A DNA stretch of 64,000 bases from Puniceicoccales bacterium (GTDB taxonomy: Bacteria > Verrucomicrobiota > Verrucomicrobiia > Opitutales > UBA9783), in contig JAISBA010000012.1 of the NCBI GenBank assembly GCA_031266455.1, forward strand, positions 1,151 through 65,150, in the 5' to 3' direction. Each line of letters starts with the position of its first letter. Position 1 is the first letter of the stretch. The translations under genes were made by a program, and so were the position numbers. Shown here piece by piece: positions 49,698 to 57,218 of this stretch. The notes under the pieces were generated by a model. It ran no database searches. It had not been told where the DNA came from and was given only the letters and a program-made list of their open reading frames with translations.

Positions 49698-50411
49698 TTA
49701 GTAATATCTACATCCATAACCTCCGAAAGTGGGACGACCATACGGACTACCACAGCCGTAGGGATCATAATCACGACGAGGATAGCAACCATACGGTCCA
49801 TAATCATCATCGTAATGGCATCCATAAGGTTGAAATTGAGGTGCAAAGCCTTCATGGCAACCAAATGCGTCAAATTCATCCATGCAACCAAAGTGAAAAT
49901 GAGGATCAAAGTGATGAGCGAAATGTGGTGGTGGTGGCGCTGGTGGGAAGCCTTGTCCACGGACTTGGATTACATCAAAATGAAATCCCTGCGGCAACTG
50001 CCCTGCTTCAGGGATGACCTGATAATAACCCCCTTGGCCTACAACCATACGCAAATTTCTATTTGCCAACATGTCTTGCGTTTTTCTCACAAAACTGTTC
50101 AGATCATTTATGCTTCCATGACGCCTCAAATGATCGAACACTTTATCTTCTCTTCCCTGAGTACGTGTTTGTCGACGCCTTGCCATGGCTTGGAATAAAA
50201 CATCCTCGTCATCCGAGGCTACCTCATCTCCCCAACAACCGTACGCCGGACCACATCCATACTGTGTATTACCCGTTACGGGGCAAACTCGGCCCGTGTG
50301 CCGCTCGCCACAATATGGGCACTGCCACCAAGCACTTAAGGTAACTGCACCCATCAAACCTGCCGTTATGAAACCAGCTTTTATAATTGTACTTATTGTT
50401 TTATTCATAGC
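49698..50411 (-). CDS. Secreted Cys/Tyr/Gly/His/Pro-rich protein with eight [YF]GC repeats
   Basis: Start at MNKTISTIIKAGFITAGLMGAVTLSA (signal-peptide-like). N-terminal CPYCGERHTGRVCP, a polyproline PPAPPPP, and a C-terminal tail of PYGC/FGC/GYGC units. No family recognised. Confidence 0.55.
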   Translation of the reverse strand, partial: AMNKTISTIIKAGFITAGLMGAVTLSAWWQCPYCGERHTGRVCPVTGNTQYGCGPAYGCWGDEVASDDEDVLFQAMARRRQTRTQGREDKVFDHLRRHGSINDLNSFVRKTQDMLANRNLRMVVGQGGYYQVIPEAGQLPQGFHFDVIQVRGQGFPPAPPPPHFAHHFDPHFHFGCMDEFDAFGCHEGFAPQFQPYGCHYDDDYGPYGCYPRRDYDPYGCGSPYGRPTFGGYGCRYY

Positions 50412-50667
50412 ATTTCCTTCATTTAAAGTTATGTAATACATGAAATCATAAATAATCACTCTTTGTCAAGTGTGCTTAAAATATTTTTTAAAATAAAGTT
50501 GTAATAAATTTATCCAGATCTTTAAACATCGATACCTTAAGCACTACGTTGATCTTTACCAAATTTTTACAAACGTAAAAAAGTCGCAATCCACCTGCTC
50601 GTTCAGCATAGAGATGACATTTACCTTATCTAAAAGTAGTGTATACACATATTTCTAACTTTCTCGA

Positions 50668-50757
50668 GGATGCATTTTATTATCCAATGCAGATATGTTC
50701 GACTTATTTGGCGCCATCTCCGAGGAGGGCTACTCTTTATATTACGCCTTCCCATGA
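50668..50757 (+). pseudogene. Relic 3' end of a second L,D-transpeptidase paralogue
   Basis: Translates GCILLSNADMFDLFGAISEEGYSLYYAFP*, parallel to the C-terminus GCILLSNADMLDLFNATYEGDYLYITPPNE* of the intact gene at 50847-51521. No intact upstream coding part. Confidence 0.55.
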
Positions 50758-50856
50758 ATAAACTTACAGTACTCCCGTGTAAAACGTGTTTTTCTTGAAG
50801 AAAATGCTTTCGACTACAAACAATGTATTATTAAAATCAACATGCAATGCTCAACA
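50668..50856. repeat. Direct repeat copy A (LDT 3' end + intergenic + next start codon)
   Basis: Hand alignment with 51429-51616 gives roughly 80-85% identity, including the exact shared block TTTTTCTTGAAGAAAATGCTTTCG. Confidence 0.75.
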
Positions 50857-51521
50857 TACTTCTAGTTGTTTTAAGCGAATGTACTCAACTTACGATACCG
50901 GCTACATTTTCCAATTTCCAGGGCAGAAAACTTGACCTTTTAACCACTCGCAATACTTTTAAAACAATGCTTTTTAAAGTTCTGCAGCAATATCTCGACC
51001 CTTTATGGAACGGACACTATTTGTGGGCAGATACCCAAAAACATCAGTTACACCTGTTTACAATGCATTCATTGGGATTTTCCTTGCGAAAAACTTACCT
51101 ATTTTCTTCCAGCAGAATGCCGCAAAGTTGCGTGCATAACAGTCTTGGTACGCCGTATGGACTGCATCGAATTTGTGAAAAAATAGGCGATACGGTTCCT
51201 TTGCACGGAGTTTTTAAATATAGGCACTTCACGGGAGTGATTTGCCCGCCCTCAACTCATAAATCTGCATGCGGATTCATTACGACGCGCATCCTACGCC
51301 TTCAGGGACTGGAAATGGCTAAAAATCGTGGATGCAACGCACAAAAGTTTTGTTGCGATACCTACAAACGCACCGTTTACATTCATGGGACCAGTCTAGA
51401 AAATTTTATTCCGCAGCCACTTTCTTGGGGATGCATTTTATTGTCTAATGCAGATATGCTCGACTTATTTAATGCCACCTACGAAGGGGATTATCTTTAC
51501 ATTACACCTCCCAATGAATAA
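50847..51521 (+). CDS. YkuD-family L,D-transpeptidase catalytic-domain protein
   Basis: GTPYGLHRI..KIG, TTRILRLQGLE..NRG and YIHGTS.......SWGCILLSNADMLDLF match the YkuD/YkuD_2 catalytic His...Cys motif. Confidence 0.75.
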   Translation: MLNILLVVLSECTQLTIPATFSNFQGRKLDLLTTRNTFKTMLFKVLQQYLDPLWNGHYLWADTQKHQLHLFTMHSLGFSLRKTYLFSSSRMPQSCVHNSLGTPYGLHRICEKIGDTVPLHGVFKYRHFTGVICPPSTHKSACGFITTRILRLQGLEMAKNRGCNAQKFCCDTYKRTVYIHGTSLENFIPQPLSWGCILLSNADMLDLFNATYEGDYLYITPPNE

Positions 51522-51616
51522 ACTCACAACACCCTTGTGTAAAATACGTTTTTCTTGAAGAAAATGCTTTCGGCCGTAACAATGCATTATTAAAATCAGC
51601 CTGCAATGTTCAATCA
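51429..51616. repeat. Direct repeat copy B (end of the intact LDT gene through to the ftsQ stop)
   Basis: See copy A. Copy B ends with TGCAATGTTCAATCA, which mirrors TGCAATGCTCAACA, the start of the intact LDT gene. Confidence 0.75.
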
Positions 51617-52453
51617 TCTGAATTCCACAACAGGATTTGCCAAAGATAAATCGATACGCAATAATTGCGAACGTTGCTGGGGTGTCAATGCATATAAAAC
51701 ACCTTTTAATTTCCTCATTTGCACATCAACGTAAGTACAATTGAAAATAAGATGCTGATTGTAAGATGTTTTCAAATCTACTTGCAACCATTTTTCTTCC
51801 AACAAGGGGTCAAAGTTTTTTAACGAAATCTGAACGATGGTCGCGTAAACATCCGGATACTGATGCATCAATTCGACCAATAATGTATAAATTCTATTAA
51901 ATTTAAGAATTTTTCCCTTTTGGATGAGCTGTACTGTTACATCGGATAAGATGGGCAAGGGTTTTATGCCATATCTCGTGTACGCTACGGGTGTAAACAA
52001 TTTACCTTCGGCAGAAATCAATCGAATACAACGTTTGCCCTGGATTGACACAAAAAGTTTAGCCACGGGTTTAAGTTCCTTGATTTCAATGACTAACGTG
52101 TCTGGAAATTTCCGCGTAATGACTGCCGAAGCTACTTGCGAACAAGCCTCCAATTGAGTCTTTATGTATTCAAGATCAATGCGCATAAGGGCTTTCCCTA
52201 ATGGAATGGATACACGTCTATTAAGCCAATTTTCCGATAAAACTCCATCCGAAGTAAAAATGACCTTTCGTAAAGGTTGAGGGCATAGAAGTGGTTTGTG
52301 AAAATGTTCAAACCATTTAAAGACAATCAAGCACAGAGAACTTAGCGCAACCAAAATGAAAAATTTACCCAAAAGCCATTTACAACGGGCTTTGGTTAAT
52401 TGTGCATCCTGTTGCAAACTACGCCACGAATGATCTTTTTTACCTAACGCCAT
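51614..52453 (-). CDS. ftsQ: Cell division protein FtsQ/DivIB
   Basis: Cytoplasmic tail, a single TM helix (FFILVALSSLCLIVF), and a POTRA-like segment (VASAVITRKFPDTLVIEIKELKPVA). It lies immediately downstream of ddl. Confidence 0.75.
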   Translation of the reverse strand: MALGKKDHSWRSLQQDAQLTKARCKWLLGKFFILVALSSLCLIVFKWFEHFHKPLLCPQPLRKVIFTSDGVLSENWLNRRVSIPLGKALMRIDLEYIKTQLEACSQVASAVITRKFPDTLVIEIKELKPVAKLFVSIQGKRCIRLISAEGKLFTPVAYTRYGIKPLPILSDVTVQLIQKGKILKFNRIYTLLVELMHQYPDVYATIVQISLKNFDPLLEEKWLQVDLKTSYNQHLIFNCTYVDVQMRKLKGVLYALTPQQRSQLLRIDLSLANPVVEFR

Positions 52454-53389
52454 CTATTTCAATAAGTTACACAACCGATTGCGATCGATTGCTCCATGGA
52501 TAATACGTTGTAAGACTTCATCAAAACTCATTCCACAGCAGGCAGCACTTTTGGGAAATAAACTTTGATTCGTCATTCCAGGAATCGTATTCATTTCTAA
52601 AAACCAAATGCTTCCATCGTCTTCCAGCAAAAAATCTGCCCTAGAAAAATCAAGGCAGTGCGCTCTTTTGAAAAACTCACCCGCAATAGCGCGTATTTTT
52701 TGAGACGTATCCGCATCCACAGGAGACGGAAACAAGTAATCGCAAGCACCCGTCGTGTACTTATTTTTAAAATCGTAAAAGCCAACTTTGGGTCGAATTT
52801 CAACGACCCCCAAAGGTTCCCCTTGCAAGATGCCCACCGTTAGTTCTCTACCATGCACATGGCGTTCTACCATCCAATGTCCACCTTTAACGGTTGCCCA
52901 AATATGCTGTAATGCCTGAAAATTTTCACATAGGGAAACCCCAATGCTGCTTCCCTTATCCGTCGGCTTTAAAACGAATGTTTCACTTTTTAACACTTCT
53001 TTTAAATGCGTTTCATCCAACGCTTCGCCCACAACAAGATCCACGGCCGGCAACACCGGGATACCGCATCGATCCGCCAGACGTTTACTTTTCATTTTAT
53101 CTATGCACAAACGACTCGCTTTGGAGCCGCTACCCACCATGGCGTACCCACCTTGTTCCAATAAATATTGTAAACGACCATCTTCGCCAAAATCACCGTG
53201 GATTAACGGAAAGATCAAGTCTTTGTGAAGCCTTAAATGCACGGGTAACTCGTTGACATCTAACCGAATGGATCGAACGTTAAAAAACTGCTTCAAATGA
53301 CCCATCGTCGGTTCGGCCGATTTGAATGAAACTTCTCTCTCTTCGCCTTCTCCACCGAATAAAACAACCACTTCCACATCGCACGTCAT
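52454..53389 (-). CDS. ddl: D-alanine--D-alanine ligase
   Basis: VVVLFGG.GEEREVS, PLIHGDFGEDGRLQYLLE and LEMNTIPGMT. The ATG at 53389 overlaps the murC-murB stop (ATGA); the track's alternative start is 53404. Confidence 0.9.
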   Translation of the reverse strand: MTCDVEVVVLFGGEGEEREVSFKSAEPTMGHLKQFFNVRSIRLDVNELPVHLRLHKDLIFPLIHGDFGEDGRLQYLLEQGGYAMVGSGSKASRLCIDKMKSKRLADRCGIPVLPAVDLVVGEALDETHLKEVLKSETFVLKPTDKGSSIGVSLCENFQALQHIWATVKGGHWMVERHVHGRELTVGILQGEPLGVVEIRPKVGFYDFKNKYTTGACDYLFPSPVDADTSQKIRAIAGEFFKRAHCLDFSRADFLLEDDGSIWFLEMNTIPGMTNQSLFPKSAACCGMSFDEVLQRIIHGAIDRNRLCNLLK

Positions 53390-55608
53390 AAAATATTCTC
53401 CCATTTTTCACCCAAAATTTTTACCTCGGGAACAAGCACTTGGCCGGTTTTTTGAATGACGATAGACCTAATTTTGGATACCAATTCAATCACGTGGTAA
53501 AAAGTAGCCGTGCCATCGTTCAAAATAAAATTCGCATGCTTAGACGACACAAATGCTCCTCCTGCCCGCATCCCCTTCAGGCCCAATTGATCCAGCAATT
53601 TTCCGGTAGAGCCGCTGACCGTATTTTTAAAAAAACAGCCCAAACTGATACCTTTAGGTTGTGAAATCGCACGCTGCGCACGCATACGTTGTCTCTCTGC
53701 TTTTATCATCTGCAATTCACACGCGTATCCTTTGACAACAACACTCAAAGCAATTTTACCTTCCAAGCGTGCGCACGTACGGTAATCCGTTTGAACGTCA
53801 CCGCGTTGCCATGATTCCACTTCTCCGCGTTCATTCATGACTTCAACCGACGTAACGCATTCCCAAATGCCTTTCAAACTTGTTCCAGCATTCATCTGCA
53901 AAGCTCCCCCTATCGTTCCCGGAATCCCGTCTAAAAATTCAAATCCACCTATGCCATTATTTTGCATAAAATTAAGCATTTTACCCAGTGTGCATCCCGC
54001 ACCTACTCGAAAACATGCAGGATCCAGCGGAACGATGGTGGCCCATAGGGGATCTGACAGCTGTAAAACAATCCCATCGTATCGTGTATGCGGCATAAGC
54101 ACATTCGATCCACTTCCTAAAATATACCAAGGGAGCCCCAAAGCCTTTGAATCCAACACAAGTGAACGTAGCCCCGATAAAGTTTTTGGTGCGCAAAAAA
54201 ATAACCCCTCTCCGCCTACACCAAACGTAGATTTTTTATCTAAACGAGCGTATACCATGATACGCTCTTTCGAATTCTCTTCCAAATAATCTTTCCATAA
54301 ATCCACCAGCCTTTTTACCCAATCCTGGGCAAAAGAATCGATATTCCCTGCACCAATAAACGAAATCGTTTTCTGATTGCTCGCCATAAAAAAAGCGTCT
54401 GGTAACAAAGTTTCCAATTTCTCTGCAAACGGCATCTGTGGCAATATGACATCTCTGGAAAACAGCACTTCATCTTCAAATGCACGGTAGGTTTCACCTA
54501 AAAAAACGTGCGGATAGGTTTTTAAAATACGGATAAAATCGGGATAAAACAAACGTAATCGAGAACTTCGATGCGGTTCAAAAGCAATCCACTGTTCTCC
54601 CGTAAAAAATTTCTTTACATAGCCCAAGTAAGTCTCCAATTCGGTCGGATGATGCGCATAATCGCTTAATACGCATACACGTTCCGTTTTCAACAAAATT
54701 TCCTGGCGACGCCGAATCCCTGGAAAAGATTTGATTGCAAAATCATCCACCGCATTCCCGGTAATCGAATAAAAAGCACTTAAGGCCATTAAAATATTGG
54801 TTAGATTAAAAATATTTCCTTTGGCATACTCCTTTTGGAAACTATCTTTTAAGCATTTGAAAGTAAGCGACTTACTGTTTTCGATGATGGAAAAATCACG
54901 CCCCAATCGAAACACAGAGATTTCTGACAAAGGAGTCCAAGCAATGGACTCTGGCATCATCACCCAAGACTGCGTACGTTGACACAATCGATGTAAGGCT
55001 GATTTGTAAACATCGGCAGTTGCATAGTAATTTGAATGATCCCAATCATCGTTCAAAACAAGTGTTGCCGTTGGAGAAAATTCCTCAATGGTACCATCGC
55101 TCTCGTCCACTTCCACAAGATTCCATATTGCGCTTGAATCGTAGTCACCCATTGGGTAGCATGCGGCTTGATACGGTGCTCCTAGTAAATAATTTACAGC
55201 AATTCCAGCCTGTTTAAAAAAATGGACCAAATAGGCGGTGGTACTCGATTTTCCATGACTCCCCACAACGGCTAAAACATGTGTGTTTTTTAATCCTTGT
55301 GCCAAAAAACTGCCTCGGCGTATAACCGGCCATTGCCGCCGAATTGCTGCCTGTATTAGGGGATGTTTTACCGGAACCGCGGAGGAATAAATCAATGGCC
55401 CTTCATGTTCGGGTAAAACGTGCGTCCACACAAAACCGTTTCGTTGCAGTTGGTTCATACGCGCAACCGTAATACAATCATCCCATCCGTATATTTTATA
55501 CCCTTGTTGTTGCAAATATAAGCCCAAGGATTCTATACCCATACCCCCTAATCCCAATAAAAAAATGCTTTTTTGCAATCCAACCTCACTCTTATAGTTC
55601 CTCACCAA
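53386..55608 (-). CDS. murC-murB: Fused UDP-N-acetylmuramate--L-alanine ligase / UDP-N-acetylenolpyruvoylglucosamine reductase (MurC-MurB)
   Basis: The N-terminal ~455 aa carry MurC motifs (LGLGGMGIESLG; VVGSHGKSSTTAY; DYAHHPTE). The C-terminal ~285 aa carry MurB motifs (TFGVGG; LGSGSNVLM; GIPGTIGGALQMNAGT; GCFFKN; SSKHANFILN). It is a single uninterrupted 740-aa ORF. Confidence 0.9.
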   Translation of the reverse strand: MVRNYKSEVGLQKSIFLLGLGGMGIESLGLYLQQQGYKIYGWDDCITVARMNQLQRNGFVWTHVLPEHEGPLIYSSAVPVKHPLIQAAIRRQWPVIRRGSFLAQGLKNTHVLAVVGSHGKSSTTAYLVHFFKQAGIAVNYLLGAPYQAACYPMGDYDSSAIWNLVEVDESDGTIEEFSPTATLVLNDDWDHSNYYATADVYKSALHRLCQRTQSWVMMPESIAWTPLSEISVFRLGRDFSIIENSKSLTFKCLKDSFQKEYAKGNIFNLTNILMALSAFYSITGNAVDDFAIKSFPGIRRRQEILLKTERVCVLSDYAHHPTELETYLGYVKKFFTGEQWIAFEPHRSSRLRLFYPDFIRILKTYPHVFLGETYRAFEDEVLFSRDVILPQMPFAEKLETLLPDAFFMASNQKTISFIGAGNIDSFAQDWVKRLVDLWKDYLEENSKERIMVYARLDKKSTFGVGGEGLFFCAPKTLSGLRSLVLDSKALGLPWYILGSGSNVLMPHTRYDGIVLQLSDPLWATIVPLDPACFRVGAGCTLGKMLNFMQNNGIGGFEFLDGIPGTIGGALQMNAGTSLKGIWECVTSVEVMNERGEVESWQRGDVQTDYRTCARLEGKIALSVVVKGYACELQMIKAERQRMRAQRAISQPKGISLGCFFKNTVSGSTGKLLDQLGLKGMRAGGAFVSSKHANFILNDGTATFYHVIELVSKIRSIVIQKTGQVLVPEVKILGEKWENIL

Positions 55609-55948
55609 ATTAGTGTTAAAAAGATCTTATAGGCAAGATTTTTTAGCCTAGGAAAATGTTGTATGCGCTTTGGAGACATTTTTTACTGACTTGCGTAAGA
55701 TGTTGACAGATACTGATGTGGAAAATTTTTCTGCATTGTAAAAAAATTTTTGAAAAAATTTTCACATGCCGCACGAGATCATCAAAGATTTTTTGAAAAT
55801 TTACAAATGATATTGAACGAAATACATCCATTGCGTAATTTTTTCACAGAAAAAATTTCCACTATTCTTTTTTACGACTGCAAAAAACTTCTTACGACTG
55901 GTGTTTTTCTTGCTACTAGTTACTATTAACAATAACCCACCGATACCT

Positions 55949-56986
55949 ATGTCACTCAAACACATCCTCTTCTTTAATCTACATCTCTTGTGTTCACAAC
56001 CAGAATACCCTTCAGTTCCTAAACAAATTGAAAGCAACTGTTCCATCTTATGCGTTTGTTCTCAAAAATTTGAACTCAATGCAATCCTTCAGCAATGTTG
56101 CATACTTCCCGGTTGTAAAGCCTTAAAACAAAAACAATACGGCAATATAACCGTACATTATTTATTATACAGAGGGAACTATATAGCTTTGGCCGTTACC
56201 GGTAAGAATTTTTTATCAACATCGCAACGATTATTTAAACTATTTCCTTTGCTTCCAAATGTCGAAAAAGTGTTCTTTGTAGGTATTGGCGGAAGCTTAG
56301 ATCCGAAATTAAAACCTGGCGATGTATGCATTCCAGAGAAATGGGCATGTCATACTACAGGGTACCTGTACAACAAAACCTCAGGCAAAACGCACGCGGT
56401 ACGTTATGAACCAGAACATGCTAATTTTAAAATTTTTTACCCATCTTCTATGGAAACAGGTGTTAATTCAAACGATGAAATCATTCGTACAGACCTTTTA
56501 ACATGTCCACCCTCGTTATTTAATTCGGTTCAAGCCATTGTATCACGATCAATTAATCCTACTTATGAATTTTCTGTAAACTGCGGAGGAATTGGCGTTA
56601 GTGGTACTGTATTTGTTGACAATGATAAATACAGGCAGCATCTATGTACAACTTATGGTGCCCAGGTGGTCGATATGGAATCTTTTGCATTTGCCCTCGC
56701 CTGCTGCGAGTTCCAAAAACCCTTTTGTATTATTCGCAGCATTAGCGATTTAGCCGGGAATCACAATTATGGTAATACTTTGGAGAATACCATTGATGAT
56801 CACAGAAGTGAAGCTGCCAGCAATGCTGCTATTGTTTTTACGCAGATTTTGAGGACCTTACCGTTATCCACGAGAAATCACCCCAAAATGCCTTTAAAAT
56901 TTATTAAACAATGCTTATTCCCACCTAAAAATCCAGAATTTAACATACAAAACATACCTCATTCACCTAAAGCGGCTGTACATTAA
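55949..56986 (+). CDS. PNP_UDP_1-family nucleosidase (MTA/SAH nucleosidase or futalosine hydrolase-like) with N- and C-terminal extensions
   Basis: VVDMESFAFALACCEFQKPFCIIRSISDLAG matches the MtnN-type C-terminal catalytic block, and FFVGIGGSLD matches the phosphate/ribose loop. Start placed at the ATG at 55949. Confidence 0.6.
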   Translation: MSLKHILFFNLHLLCSQPEYPSVPKQIESNCSILCVCSQKFELNAILQQCCILPGCKALKQKQYGNITVHYLLYRGNYIALAVTGKNFLSTSQRLFKLFPLLPNVEKVFFVGIGGSLDPKLKPGDVCIPEKWACHTTGYLYNKTSGKTHAVRYEPEHANFKIFYPSSMETGVNSNDEIIRTDLLTCPPSLFNSVQAIVSRSINPTYEFSVNCGGIGVSGTVFVDNDKYRQHLCTTYGAQVVDMESFAFALACCEFQKPFCIIRSISDLAGNHNYGNTLENTIDDHRSEAASNAAIVFTQILRTLPLSTRNHPKMPLKFIKQCLFPPKNPEFNIQNIPHSPKAAVH

Positions 56987-57218
56987 AGGGTAACCCAATG
57001 CTCGCTTCTCAACAAACCTATATTGAAATGTAAAAAAATTAGATAAAAATGGCCAAGCAACAAAAGTGTCTTCAAAAACACCCCATATTTTTGGATATGC
57101 CCCCTATTCCCATGAAAAAGTAAAACAAAAGCATATCCTTCGCGCCTCCATCAAACATCTGAATACTTTGCAGTCTCATTCGTAGAATGGACAAGTATGG
57201 GCTGATTACCGATATGCT

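Noticed and set aside
49661-49960. 99-aa alternative-frame ORF (His/Met/Val-rich), plus three plus-strand ORFs (49815-50436) overlapping the [YF]GC-repeat gene
   Set aside because: They are by-products of the repetitive, compositionally biased DNA. Only the chosen frame has a signal peptide, a coherent repeat motif and a terminator directly after its stop.
51606-51740. Short plus-strand ORF starting at the duplicated LDT start codon (MFNHLNSTT...)
   Set aside because: It runs antisense through the ftsQ 3' end and stops after about 44 codons. It is best explained as the fossil start of a lost tandem paralogue.
53837-54289. 150-aa plus-strand ORF inside the MurB half of murC-murB
   Set aside because: It is an antisense shadow frame of a motif-rich conserved gene.
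55643-56046. Two minus-strand ORFs (62 and 81 aa) in the murC-murB/nucleosidase intergenic region
   Set aside because: They are generated by the A/T-rich repeated motifs (KIF/KNF repeats in translation). No RBS or family support.
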